Positions 49,503-59,811 of a DNA stretch of 64,000 nucleotides are shown here, one piece after another (the stretch's first letter is position 1; every line of letters begins with the position of its first letter). The DNA comes from Myxococcota bacterium (GTDB taxonomy: Bacteria; Myxococcota_A; SURF-8), in the NCBI GenBank assembly GCA_963674735.2, contig CAXXQS010000002.1:384001-448000 (forward strand), written 5' to 3'. The position numbers and the translations under genes are program-made. Below the pieces are notes generated by a model that was not told the origin of the DNA, ran no database searches, and worked only from the letters and a program-made list of their open reading frames with translations.

Positions 49503-51461
49503 CTAACTGACACCCGCACCGGCGGGCAGTTCTCCGTCGATGGTCAGCACCTTCAACACACCGTCGGCCTTGGCCGCCAGCACCATGCCTTCGGATAAGA
49601 TGCCACGTAGTTTGCGAGGTTTGAGATTGACCAATACCACGACCCGTTTTCCGATCAAATCGTCCGGCGTGTAATGTTCGGCTATCCCCGCCACGATGGT
49701 GCGCGGTTCGCCCGTATCAACGACCAGTTTCAGCAGTTTGTCCGTATCGGGCACGCGCTCGGCGCTTTTCACCACACCAACCTTGAAGCTCAGCTTGGTG
49801 AAGTCGGTGAAATCGGCATAAACCACACCATCCGGCGCATGATCGGCCGGTTTCTCTTTCTTGGCAGCTTTTTCCTGCTTTTGGCTTTTCGCCTTTTTAG
49901 CCGGTTTTTCCTTTTGATCCGTAGCCGTCGTCGCCAGTTCGACGCGCGGGAAAAGAGAAGCACCACGCTTGATCGCCGTTCCCGCAGGCAAACGGCCCCA
50001 GTCGCCCAGGCCATCGGCTTTAACGGTTTCCCAGTCGAGACCGAGTTGCGCAATCATCTCTTCGGAACGACCCGGCATCACCGGCCACAGCATCAGTGCA
50101 ATATATCGCAAGGATTCCAGCAGGTTGTACATCACGCCCGCCAGTTCGTCCCGACGCGCCTCATCCTTAGCCATCACCCAGGGTGCCTGTTCATCGATGT
50201 ATTTATTGGCCCGTGTCACGATTTCCCACACCGCCGCCAAGGCGAAGTTGGGTTGAAACTGCTTGAAAGCGTCGTGGTAGTGTGCCTCTGCCTGCCGGAC
50301 CGTCTCGGCCATGGGGTTTTTGTCGTCGGTGGGCTGTGGCACAATCCCGTCCACGTACTTGGCCGTCATCGCCAGGCTGCGAGACAGTAAGTTACCAAGA
50401 TCGTTGGCTAATTCGGCGTTTATCCGTCCCACCATGGCCTGTTCCGAAAAATCGCCGTCGGGACCGAGAGAGATTTCGCGCATCAGATAAAAGCGGAAGG
50501 GGTCGAGTCCGAATTGTTCCATGGTTTTGTTGGGATCGATCCAGTTGCCCAGACTCTTGCTCATTTTCTGACCTTCTATAGTCCAGAAACCGTGAGCGAG
50601 CACATGCTCCGGCATGGGCAATCCGGCCGACATCAAAAACGCAGGCCAGAATATCGCGTGGAAACGCAGAATGTCTTTTCCGATCAGGTGCACGGTAGCC
50701 GGCCAGAATTGTTCGTATTTGGCTGCGTCGCGTCCGAATCCCGCACCGGTTAGATAGTTGGTCAGAGCGTCCACCCAGACATAAATCACATGTTTGGGGT
50801 CGTCCGGAACGGGGAGACCCCAACTAAAGGACGTACGACTGATGGATAGATCCGTCAGACCTTGGGAGACGAAGCTCTTGACTTCGTTCATACGTGTTTT
50901 GGGCAACACAAAATCGGGATGTTGCTCGTAATACTCAAGCAGCGGCTCGGTAAAGCGCGACAAGCGGAAGAAGTAGCTCTGTTCACGGCGTTTTTCAACC
51001 GGACGCTTGCACCAGGGGTTGGGGCAGAGATGGCCATCGAGCAACTGGTTTTCGGTCCAGAAAGTTTCGTCGTGAACGCAGTACCAGTCTTCGTAGTCGC
51101 CCAGGTAGATATCGCCCGCATCCGTCATCCGCTTCCACAGATCCGCCACCACTTCCGCGTGGTCGTCATCGGTGGTGCGAATCATGCGGTCGTTGCTGAT
51201 ATTAAGCTTCTGCCACAAAGTCCGGAAATGCTCGACGACGCCATCGGCGAAGGCCTTCGGCGCTTTGTTGGCTTTTTCGGCCGCGATTTCCACCTTTTGC
51301 CCGTGCTCGTCGGTGCCGGTAAGAAAATAAGTGGGGACGCCGATCAAACGGTGATAGCGCGCCAGCACATCGGCTGCGATCGTGGTATAGGCATGCCCGA
51401 TGTGGGGCACATCGTTGACATAATAGATCGGTGTAGAGACGTAGAACGAATCGCGTTTCAT
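49503..51461 (-). CDS. metG: Methionine--tRNA ligase with C-terminal tRNA-binding domain
   Basis: PIYYVN..PHIGH, GTDEHGQK, YVW.DAL.NY, GKDILRFH, KMSKS, NLKPRKLRG..SEGM. Confidence 0.98.
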   Translation of the reverse strand: MKRDSFYVSTPIYYVNDVPHIGHAYTTIAADVLARYHRLIGVPTYFLTGTDEHGQKVEIAAEKANKAPKAFADGVVEHFRTLWQKLNISNDRMIRTTDDDHAEVVADLWKRMTDAGDIYLGDYEDWYCVHDETFWTENQLLDGHLCPNPWCKRPVEKRREQSYFFRLSRFTEPLLEYYEQHPDFVLPKTRMNEVKSFVSQGLTDLSISRTSFSWGLPVPDDPKHVIYVWVDALTNYLTGAGFGRDAAKYEQFWPATVHLIGKDILRFHAIFWPAFLMSAGLPMPEHVLAHGFWTIEGQKMSKSLGNWIDPNKTMEQFGLDPFRFYLMREISLGPDGDFSEQAMVGRINAELANDLGNLLSRSLAMTAKYVDGIVPQPTDDKNPMAETVRQAEAHYHDAFKQFQPNFALAAVWEIVTRANKYIDEQAPWVMAKDEARRDELAGVMYNLLESLRYIALMLWPVMPGRSEEMIAQLGLDWETVKADGLGDWGRLPAGTAIKRGASLFPRVELATTATDQKEKPAKKAKSQKQEKAAKKEKPADHAPDGVVYADFTDFTKLSFKVGVVKSAERVPDTDKLLKLVVDTGEPRTIVAGIAEHYTPDDLIGKRVVVLVNLKPRKLRGILSEGMVLAAKADGVLKVLTIDGELPAGAGVS

Positions 51462-51489
51462 GGGGTTTTCCTTCAATCAATAGGCCGGA

Positions 51490-53265
51490 TCAGGCTGCAC
51501 CACCCGAGGACGTTCCGCCGCCGCCGCCGCTTTGGCCACCGCCACCGCTTTGGCCACCGCCACCGCTTTGATTACCGCCTGTACTCGGATTCGATCCACC
51601 GCTACCGGACCGCCGTCGGCCAGAACGACGGCGACCTCGTCGGCGGCTGCTGGAGCGAGAGCCTTCCGGCTTTTTATCACCGGTTTCACTCTTACGAGAA
51701 TTCGCATCGGAAGAGGAGGCTGGCGCGCCGCCGGAGGGCGGGTTGCCCGATTTGTTGGGTGTATTAGGTGTATTAGGTGTATTGGGATCTTTAGGTTTGC
51801 GTCGTCCACGACGGCGAGGCCGTCGACGGCTCGAACTTGAGGGTGTCCCATCATCTTTGACTTTCGCGTCCTTGGGTCGTCCGTCACCACCCGGCGCCTG
51901 AGCTTTGGGCTCTTGAGCCTTGGCCGGTTTGTTTGGAGGACGTCCCCCGCGAGGAGGACGACGGGAAGACCGGTCGCCGTCTTTTTCGTCTTTTCCCGAT
52001 CCGCCACGCGGCTCCGGACGACGACTGCTTTTCCGTGGACCGCTGTCGCTGTTACTCATGGTCTTTTTGACGTAGCGGTTCAGGGATTCCTGTTTCTGCT
52101 GCTCTTCGCGCTTCGCTAAAACGAGGGCAAACGCTTCGGGATCATCGTGGAAAGCCTGGAAGTCGTCCAGGGCGATCGAAACATATTCGCGACCCTCCAA
52201 TTCCAGACGCATCTGGCGATTGAAAATATTGATCTCCAACACCCGCCCCCGGCCCATCCAGGTATCGGTTTTTTTACCGATCTTGGGAAGCCCTTTCTGC
52301 ATCTCCTTATACGTGCTGCTCTCATATCCCAAGCAACACATCAAACGGCCGCACAACCCCGACACTTTCTCGGGATTGAGCGTCAGGTTCTGTTCTTTGG
52401 CCATGCGAATGGAAACAGGGTTGAATTTATCGAAGAAGGTGTTGCAACAAGTGCTCAACCCGCAAGGTCCGAGACCTCCGATCAGCTTGGCCTCATCGCG
52501 AATACCGATTTGCCGCATCTCAACCCGGATATGAAGTTCCTGGGCCAGATGGCGCACCAGTTCACGGAAGTCGATGCGCCCGTCAGCCGAGAAATAGAAA
52601 ACGGCTTTGTTGGCCGAGTGCTGATACTCAACCTCGATCAGCTTCATGGGCAGATTGAGAACGGCGATACGGTCGCGGCAGATTTCGTAGGCCTTGCGGT
52701 TGCGGTCGCGGTTTTCGGTTTTAATCAGTTCATCGCGTTCATCGGCCAAACGCACCAGACGCGGCAGATTTTCGTTCGTCATCATTTCAACTTGATGGCG
52801 AGCCCTCACCACACGACCCAGCGCCAAGCCTCGTTCGGCCTGAACCACCACTTCCGTTCCCACGGCGGGATCGAAGGAGCCCACCAGGTAAAGTTGCATC
52901 GGCGACGCCGAGCGAAAGCGTACCGCCACGACATCGCGCATCCCGTCGTTCGTTTTCGCGGCTTGCGGATCGTCCTCCGACTCGGCAGGTTCTTCGGCGT
53001 CTACCACCGGAGTTTCACCCACGATCACGGCTCCCTCCGTTGGGGGATCCGTATCGTTAGCGCCTGTTTGTTCTTCGGCAGAAACAGAATCGTCGATAAC
53101 GACGGATGCTTCGTTTGCCACAGATTTTTCGATGTCATCGGATGGCTCTTGCGCCACCGGTTTATCGTCCGCAGCGGGCGAAACCGCCACGGCATCGGAC
53201 GGAACGGTTTCGTCGGCTTGTGCGGCCTCCGGCCGGGTCTCGTCGTCTTGGTTATTGCGATTCAC
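51490..53265 (-). CDS. ricT: PSP1 domain protein (RicT/YaaT family) with long disordered termini
   Basis: FYFSADGRIDFRELV..LA.....R.EMRQIG.RDEAK..GG.GPCG...CC, MAKEQ.L.LNP.K.SG.CGRLMCCL.YE. Confidence 0.9.
   Translation of the reverse strand: MNRNNQDDETRPEAAQADETVPSDAVAVSPAADDKPVAQEPSDDIEKSVANEASVVIDDSVSAEEQTGANDTDPPTEGAVIVGETPVVDAEEPAESEDDPQAAKTNDGMRDVVAVRFRSASPMQLYLVGSFDPAVGTEVVVQAERGLALGRVVRARHQVEMMTNENLPRLVRLADERDELIKTENRDRNRKAYEICRDRIAVLNLPMKLIEVEYQHSANKAVFYFSADGRIDFRELVRHLAQELHIRVEMRQIGIRDEAKLIGGLGPCGLSTCCNTFFDKFNPVSIRMAKEQNLTLNPEKVSGLCGRLMCCLGYESSTYKEMQKGLPKIGKKTDTWMGRGRVLEINIFNRQMRLELEGREYVSIALDDFQAFHDDPEAFALVLAKREEQQKQESLNRYVKKTMSNSDSGPRKSSRRPEPRGGSGKDEKDGDRSSRRPPRGGRPPNKPAKAQEPKAQAPGGDGRPKDAKVKDDGTPSSSSRRRPRRRGRRKPKDPNTPNTPNTPNKSGNPPSGGAPASSSDANSRKSETGDKKPEGSRSSSRRRGRRRSGRRRSGSGGSNPSTGGNQSGGGGQSGGGGQSGGGGGTSSGGAA
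51515..51577. repeat. 18-bp coding repeat (QSGGGG)x3
   Basis: gccaccgccaccgctttg units. Confidence 0.75.
51757..51786. repeat. 9-bp coding repeat (PNT)x3
   Basis: ggtgtatta units. Confidence 0.7.
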
Positions 53266-53369
53266 AGTATTTATGCTCCTGGCGACTTTGGGTCGCTCGT
53301 CGAATTGAATTGGCTATTGTAGACAATCTCCGCCGAAAATGAAATGCTTTTCCCCGAAAACACCCTTCC

Positions 53370-54416
53370 TCAACGTCGAACCGATGGCTGAGGAACCGAC
53401 TCCAGCAGCAAACGCTGTAACGCCAGATCACCTCGCACAAACACATCCAGCTCATCGATGATGGTCCGCACACGCTCCAGACGTCGGATCAGCTTCGCAA
53501 CCGAGCTTAGATCCGCTTCCTGCTCCAGGGCATACAAATGGTCCTGGTTGATCAAGAGCGACGGATCCACACCGGTTTTGACGCCGATCAGATCGCGGTG
53601 CCAACCAAGCAGAAAATCGAGGAAAGCGCGGCACTCCTCACGGGAGCGACCCAGATCCACCACGGACCGAACATCCGTACCCTCTACGGCTCCCCGCCAT
53701 AATTCGATCCAAACCCGGCGTCGTTCCAGCGCATCCCGACCGTCGGCGGCCAGCTCTTCGGCCACTCCCAAACTGCCATCCGCCAGAATCGCCAGACTGC
53801 GGGCAGTGGATTCGTCCAAATCATATTCGCTGGTCAGGCGCTCCATAATATGCGCCGCCGCTACGGACCCGAAGCGGACCTCCTGGCAGCGCGAACGAAT
53901 CGTGGGCAGAAGATGCTGCGGACGGGCGCTTAGCAGGATGAATATCGTGCGCAGTTTCTGGCGCGGCTCTTCGAGGGTTTTCAAAAAGGCGTTCTGGGCA
54001 GATTCCTGCATCCTGTCGGCCCGATGCACCACCACCACCCGCTGGCGCGCCTCCAAAGGGGCATTGTAGAGTCGGGACTGCAATTCGCGCACGGCATCGA
54101 TCACGATGGCATCGCTACGCTGACGACGGCCGCCCGGATACACCCACATCCCCGGAGCCAGATGCATTAAATCGGCGTAAAGCGGTTTTTCGGGATCCAT
54201 GCTGCGGGCAATCAGATTGCAGGTGCGACACCGGCCGCAGGGGTCTTCCGTCGACGTTTCACAGTTTTGCGCCTGCGCGAACAAACGCGCCGCCAGCTGC
54301 TTACCCGATCCGGCCACCCCGGAAAACAGGTAGGCATGGGCCACCCGACCATTGGCGATAACCCGGCGCAGCACCTGCACGGCACGCGCTTGCATATGGC
54401 ATTCGGACCAGGGCAT
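53370..54416 (-). CDS. holB: DNA polymerase III subunit delta'
   Basis: HAYLF.G..G.GK, C......PCG.C..C, NAFLKTLEEP, LLPTIRSRCQ. Confidence 0.95.
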   Translation of the reverse strand: MPWSECHMQARAVQVLRRVIANGRVAHAYLFSGVAGSGKQLAARLFAQAQNCETSTEDPCGRCRTCNLIARSMDPEKPLYADLMHLAPGMWVYPGGRRQRSDAIVIDAVRELQSRLYNAPLEARQRVVVVHRADRMQESAQNAFLKTLEEPRQKLRTIFILLSARPQHLLPTIRSRCQEVRFGSVAAAHIMERLTSEYDLDESTARSLAILADGSLGVAEELAADGRDALERRRVWIELWRGAVEGTDVRSVVDLGRSREECRAFLDFLLGWHRDLIGVKTGVDPSLLINQDHLYALEQEADLSSVAKLIRRLERVRTIIDELDVFVRGDLALQRLLLESVPQPSVRR

Positions 54417-55753
54417 CAGCTATCCACATCTTCCTCCACCGGCGCCAGATGCGGGAAGGCCAGCACGGCATCGAGGGCGTTTTCGTTGGCGGCCAACATC
54501 ACCAGCCGATCGAAGCCCAAGGCGATTCCCGCCGATGGCGGCATCCCGAAGCGTAGTGCCTGCATGAACTCGCGGTCCTGCTCATAATGAAAGCCACGCT
54601 GGGCTTGCGACTCGTCGGAAAAGGCTTTGAAGCGTTTGGCCTGCTCGGCCGCCTGATTCAGTTCGCCGAAGGCATTGGCCAGCTCCACTCCGGCCATATA
54701 AACCTCGAAACGTTCGCAATAACGTGGATTGCTGTCCTTGCGACGCGACAGAGCCGCCATTTCAATCGGGTAATCGTAAAGAATTACCGGCTTTTCCCAG
54801 CCTAATTTCAACTCGATTTCGGTGAGGAACAGTCGGAAAAAGACATCATCGAGCGACTCGTCGGGGCGAACGTAGGTAAAGCCGTTGGCGATGGCCGCCG
54901 TGGCTAGATCGGCTCCACTGTGAATCGTATTCAGATCGATTCGGAAACGGCTGAGGAATAACTCGCGCACCGAAACACGTTCCCAGGGAGGCTTGAGATC
55001 AATCGGATGTCCGCGATATTCCAGGTGGTTTTTTCCGGTCGCTTCACGAACGGCGTAAAACACCAGCGCTTCGATGTCTTCCATAATCTGCTCGTAGCCC
55101 GCATAGGCGCGGTACCATTCAAGCATGGTGAATTCAGGTTGGTGGTGACCGGAGTATTCCCCGTTGCGAAAGGATCGGCTGAATTCGTAGATGCGCTCGT
55201 AGCCCATCGTCAACAGCTTTTTCATGTGAAATTCTGGGGATGTGGGCATGTAATAACGCTTGCACCAATCCCGATCGGGGCCCACCCATTCGGTGCTGAA
55301 ACCGACCAGATTCGGCTCCATCCCCGGACAAGCCACCAGAAGCGGTGTATCCATTTCCAGGAAATCTTCGTGCGCGAAAAAATCGTGCATGGCGCGTTTG
55401 AGACGGCTGCGCAACGTCAGATTGCGGCGTTTCTGGTCGCCCTGATTGAAGAAACGGCGCATCCAGCGCTGCTGGGCGGCACCTTCCAACAGACAAGGCA
55501 CCAAAACCTTGGGAGCTTCGCCCACACGCCAGGCCTTGTTCTCGTAGCGCATGAAAAGCTCGACGATATCGCCCACGCGCACCCGTGCCAAGTCGGGGTT
55601 TTGATTGGGGAATCCGAAGGTGCGCCGGTCGCTCTGATCTTCGATGGTCAGAGTGGCCGGACTCACCTGCACGAGGCGTCCGGCGATGACGCAGACCGCA
55701 CCTTCATCCACGTCCTCATTCAACCCCGCAATGGCGATTCGTTCCGGTTTCAC
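54416..55753 (-). CDS. epmA: EF-P lysine aminoacylase (EpmA/GenX) with extra N-terminal domain
   Basis: TSPEFHMKKLL, FRNGE....H.PEFTMLEWY, ERFE.Y..GVELANAF.EL, GMPP.AG.ALG.DRL.ML. Confidence 0.9.
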   Translation of the reverse strand: MKPERIAIAGLNEDVDEGAVCVIAGRLVQVSPATLTIEDQSDRRTFGFPNQNPDLARVRVGDIVELFMRYENKAWRVGEAPKVLVPCLLEGAAQQRWMRRFFNQGDQKRRNLTLRSRLKRAMHDFFAHEDFLEMDTPLLVACPGMEPNLVGFSTEWVGPDRDWCKRYYMPTSPEFHMKKLLTMGYERIYEFSRSFRNGEYSGHHQPEFTMLEWYRAYAGYEQIMEDIEALVFYAVREATGKNHLEYRGHPIDLKPPWERVSVRELFLSRFRIDLNTIHSGADLATAAIANGFTYVRPDESLDDVFFRLFLTEIELKLGWEKPVILYDYPIEMAALSRRKDSNPRYCERFEVYMAGVELANAFGELNQAAEQAKRFKAFSDESQAQRGFHYEQDREFMQALRFGMPPSAGIALGFDRLVMLAANENALDAVLAFPHLAPVEEDVDS

Positions 55754-55762
55754 AAATGGACT

Positions 55763-57574
55763 CTACTTTTTCAATTCCTCGGTCATCGCGGCAAACGTCG
55801 CATCCAGCCGCGGGCCCACACGCTTGTGGATCTCCGTCAAAGCCAACAAAGCGGCCGCCGTGTCGTCGAGGCGAGTGGTATTGACCAGAATATCGCGTTT
55901 GAACGCACCGACGGCGTCCTTGTAGCTATGGAAATAGAAGGCACTTATCTCGGTAAACTGCTGTTCGAGCAGCCAGCGCGTCGCCAAAGCCATGGATTTC
56001 AACAGTGCCGGTTGCCGGGCGGCATCGAGCACGAACAACGCCAGCGCCATGCCACGCAGACGCAACGCCACCTCCACCGTCACCGGCGGATGGGGACTTT
56101 TAAAAGCACCGATGTAGTCGCGGTACGGGGCAGTCGCCGTCGTATATTGCGTCGCCATCAAAGCTTCGGCCTCCTTGCGCACGGCTTCGATATGCGGTCG
56201 TTGCTCGCTCAACAGCGCGATGGCGGACGCCGCCGCCAAAGACCAGGCCCGGCCGGGCTTCCAGTTTTTGCTATAGAAGCGAAGAGCAAAGGCCTTATCG
56301 TCGTCATCCTTGGTGAAAGCGGCCAGGTTGGCGAGCGTAAACACGGCATAGTTGGGCAGATCACGCAGCAACTCGCCGTTCTCGGGCAGGGATTTCACCT
56401 CTTTCAACATATCGCGCAAGGCCTCACCCAGCGCCTTGACGCGCGGCTGGCGGTCCTTGGGTGCGCCGCTTAATGTGAACAATTCCGCCGCAATCAAGGT
56501 TCCTTCCAAGTCTTCCCCGTCGTTGTCGGCCCATACCGGCGCGACGTTTTCTCCCGGCACCACGTACTCTTTCAGAGCGTCCAGAAGATGGCGCACATCA
56601 TTTCCCAAAGCCGGATTCTTCGCGCTTTCGGCCTGATAGCCCAAGGCCATCGCAGCCATCAACTGCAAACGCGGGTCACCAGTACGCATGGGCTTGTGAT
56701 CGGTCGTATAACCGCTCAACAAAAGTCCGTTTTCCTGTTTGCGCGCCGCGAACCACGCCACGGAACGCTCAATGGCGGCTTCGACGGATCCCGCTTCAAC
56801 CTGGTCCAACTCGACCTTGTAGCGATACAGATCCACCGCCCGACCGTTTGGAACATCTTCGATGAAATTGATGGTGTTGTACCGATAGAGGCTGGCCTCC
56901 GGACTCAACCAGGCGTTTTTCGGGAGACCGGCTTTTTTGGCGATACGTTCCAGCCAAGTGACCGTCGTACGCTGCTTCTTGACAAAGACATAAGGAAGGA
57001 AAAACGCACGCTTACCGCTTTTATGATCGAGAATGATCCCATGCACGCCCGGCTCCAATTCCGTCCCGATGGTGGCCGGATCTTTGGACTCGATCAGTTC
57101 CTTCGGCTGCAGATAACTCAACTCCACCCGGAAGCGGTCGAGTTCGTCGGGCTGCGGATCTTTGAAGCGGCGGTCGCGGCAGGTATTGATCACCGATTGA
57201 ACCGTGGCCGGAACAATACTTTTTCCCTTCGCCGAGACGCAACCCCGCCATTCGCCCTCTTTGTATAAGGTGGCAAATACCCGGTTGACCCGCATGGCTT
57301 GCAGATGCGCGGGGACGTCCTTCGGTTGATACGATTTCTGCTCGCGCGTCCAGGTTTCCAGCGCTTTGCGGGCCACGCCGATCAGATATTGGCGATCCGT
57401 CTCCGAAAGCACCAGCGTCACTTCTCCGGCCGAGGCCGATTTTTTGACTTTGGCGGTGGGATCGGCCGGTTGTTTTTGCGTCGTTGCTTCTTTATCGCAG
57501 CCGAAAGCTCCGAAAATCAGTGCCACCAGCAACAAACAAGAAGCGAAAATACCCAACGGTTTTACGTTAACCAT
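55763..57574 (-). CDS. Lipoprotein: AMMECR1 (AmmeMemoRadiSam A-like) domain + degenerate alpha/alpha toroid
   Basis: Lipobox AFGC, VFATL...GEWRGC, D.RF, EL....VELS.L, PG.HG..L, RA.FLP.V, KAGLP..AW. Confidence 0.82.
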   Translation of the reverse strand: MVNVKPLGIFASCLLLVALIFGAFGCDKEATTQKQPADPTAKVKKSASAGEVTLVLSETDRQYLIGVARKALETWTREQKSYQPKDVPAHLQAMRVNRVFATLYKEGEWRGCVSAKGKSIVPATVQSVINTCRDRRFKDPQPDELDRFRVELSYLQPKELIESKDPATIGTELEPGVHGIILDHKSGKRAFFLPYVFVKKQRTTVTWLERIAKKAGLPKNAWLSPEASLYRYNTINFIEDVPNGRAVDLYRYKVELDQVEAGSVEAAIERSVAWFAARKQENGLLLSGYTTDHKPMRTGDPRLQLMAAMALGYQAESAKNPALGNDVRHLLDALKEYVVPGENVAPVWADNDGEDLEGTLIAAELFTLSGAPKDRQPRVKALGEALRDMLKEVKSLPENGELLRDLPNYAVFTLANLAAFTKDDDDKAFALRFYSKNWKPGRAWSLAAASAIALLSEQRPHIEAVRKEAEALMATQYTTATAPYRDYIGAFKSPHPPVTVEVALRLRGMALALFVLDAARQPALLKSMALATRWLLEQQFTEISAFYFHSYKDAVGAFKRDILVNTTRLDDTAAALLALTEIHKRVGPRLDATFAAMTEELKK

Positions 57575-57600
57575 ACTCGTCTCCTTCACCTCGCCGCCGT

Positions 57601-59811
57601 TTAGCGGATAGCCCGAATCGCCTTCCAATCGGCTTCGTCGAAGAACCGCAGCACACGGTAGTTGACCGTGAGACAGTGATAAGCGAAGTCGAGGCGGCAA
57701 TCATCGGTGTGGAAGTTGGACGGAATACAGCCGATAGCTTTGGACGGCTGCGGCAGATAGTACGTCGAACCCTGGCGATACTGGCTCTGACGCACGAAAC
57801 GCACCGTCAGGAAGGTGGCCTTGCGGTATTTCTCGATCTTGTCTTTATCGCCGCGCAACTTGGCCAACCGGAAAATCGAGGCTACACCTTCGCCATAGAC
57901 CCCGCTGTTCCAGATCGGCGTATTCGAGCGCGACTTGGCGCCGCGATAGCCACCCTGATAGTCCATCCAGTAGGTGTCGGCGAGCCCATACACAAACCAG
58001 TTATCCAGAATCCAGTCGGCCATATCGTAGGCATACTGGGCCACTTCGTCTTTCTTCACGATCTCGTAATATTCCATCATGGCCGACATGTCCCAGGGCA
58101 CAAACGCGCCCAGGTTGCCCTTGCGGCGGTCGGATTTATTGTCGCGGAACCACTTCGAATAATATTCGAAAGCTTTGCGCAACGTATCGAGGTAACGTTG
58201 ATCTTTGAAAATGTGATACATGCGCACCAAGGCCAGATTGGCTTCGCCGGGGTAGATGGTCACTTCGCGATCGTTCTTTTTCTGGCCGGGCTTGGTGTAA
58301 TAGCTGATGTAGTGGCCGTTTTCCTCCTGCAGGTGCATGATCAGTTCAGCCAAACCCTTCATGGGCTTTTCCCACTCGGGCACCTTCTTGAAACGAAAAT
58401 ATTCGGTCATGCATTGCAGCATGACTCCCGCCCCACCCAGTTTAAACTGGCGATCGAAGCGCGGATGATTGAAGTAGGCCAGCTTGCCGTCGTACTGGGT
58501 CAGGTCCAGCACCCATTCAATGGCCAACTTAGCGCCGTCGAGATAGCGTTCCTCGCCAAACAGCTCGTAAGCCTGAATCAGCGTAAGGGTGGCCAAACCA
58601 TGGCGAATTATGTTGTATTGGTTGGTTTTGTAGGAATCACGGGCGGCATAATAGACGTATTTGAACATCTTGCTCTGCGGGTCCAGAATGGACAGCAGCC
58701 AGTCGGCACCCTCACGAAAGCCTTTTTCCGTCTCGGCGCGATCCAGTTTGGCCGGATCGACGTATTCCACGCCACGCCGCAAACGAATCACGTCGCCACC
58801 CGGATTGCGCTCGGTGATATCCAGCGTACGAAACACCGAAATTTTCACGTCTTTTTTCTTCCAGGCATCTTTATCGAGGCGTTTGGCTTTGCAACCCGCT
58901 TCAAGCAGTTTTTTGAGGTTATCCATCCGATAGATCTTGCTCTTATCGGGAGTCAACATAACCGCTTTATCACTGATTTCCTTTGGGAAATCGAGCTGGA
59001 AACCATCGAGTCCCAAACTCGTGACCGCCGACAGTTTGTTCGGATCCACCAGCAGCGCACCCCCTTCCCGATGGAAATTGAGGGTAATAGTTGCATTCTG
59101 CAAAAAGACATCGAAAGGTTCGGCGGTCAGTCCCCCGCCCCCTCTTTTGGCATAACGCGTTTTCGCTTCGCCGATGGCGACATCCAACGCTTTTTTGGGA
59201 CTATTTCCACGGGCGCGCACCAGTCCAATGGTCTTATTGTAACCGTTTTTGTCGGTGAAACGCAGATCCAACAGCCCCGGAGCCGGGAAAGGTTGATTGA
59301 AGGCGGCAGGTAAAGTCGCCCCGGTTTGTCCGGCCAAGGTCTGACGCACGTAAGCCACCACCTGCTTGAGTCCCGCATCGTCCACTTGATAGGCAGGGTG
59401 CACGGCCGTCGCCAAAAGCATCGCCGGATCGCGGTAGATAACCGATAATTTCTCGTAAAATCCAGCCTTTACCAGATTCTCGAAAACACTTCCACGTGTC
59501 ATTTTAGCATCGACCGGCAACGCCAAAACGGCTACCTTACGCGCCGCCATGGCCGTCAATACCGCCGTTTCATCCTTTTTCATTAACGCCGACCATAGAT
59601 CGCTCGCGTCTTTTTCCGTTTTGACCGAGTCTTTCAAACTCGTCAGCAGGGACGCCTTGTCCAGCGGCGTGAATACCTTTCCACCATCCGCTTGATCCAA
59701 ACGGTTTTTGACGGTCAACTCGAAATCGGATTTCGGGGTCGGCGAACAGCCGAGCATGAGCAGAAGAATAAGAACGGCGATGCCGGTATGCGTCGCGGCG
59801 GGTCGTCCCAT
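57601..59811 (-). CDS. Lipoprotein: degenerate AMMECR1-like domain + alpha/alpha toroid enzyme domain
   Basis: Lipobox MLGC, F.Y.Y, YNIIRH, KLGG.G, YPGEA.LAL, W, Y.EG, RLD...H. Confidence 0.78.
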   Translation of the reverse strand: MGRPAATHTGIAVLILLLMLGCSPTPKSDFELTVKNRLDQADGGKVFTPLDKASLLTSLKDSVKTEKDASDLWSALMKKDETAVLTAMAARKVAVLALPVDAKMTRGSVFENLVKAGFYEKLSVIYRDPAMLLATAVHPAYQVDDAGLKQVVAYVRQTLAGQTGATLPAAFNQPFPAPGLLDLRFTDKNGYNKTIGLVRARGNSPKKALDVAIGEAKTRYAKRGGGGLTAEPFDVFLQNATITLNFHREGGALLVDPNKLSAVTSLGLDGFQLDFPKEISDKAVMLTPDKSKIYRMDNLKKLLEAGCKAKRLDKDAWKKKDVKISVFRTLDITERNPGGDVIRLRRGVEYVDPAKLDRAETEKGFREGADWLLSILDPQSKMFKYVYYAARDSYKTNQYNIIRHGLATLTLIQAYELFGEERYLDGAKLAIEWVLDLTQYDGKLAYFNHPRFDRQFKLGGAGVMLQCMTEYFRFKKVPEWEKPMKGLAELIMHLQEENGHYISYYTKPGQKKNDREVTIYPGEANLALVRMYHIFKDQRYLDTLRKAFEYYSKWFRDNKSDRRKGNLGAFVPWDMSAMMEYYEIVKKDEVAQYAYDMADWILDNWFVYGLADTYWMDYQGGYRGAKSRSNTPIWNSGVYGEGVASIFRLAKLRGDKDKIEKYRKATFLTVRFVRQSQYRQGSTYYLPQPSKAIGCIPSNFHTDDCRLDFAYHCLTVNYRVLRFFDEADWKAIRAIR

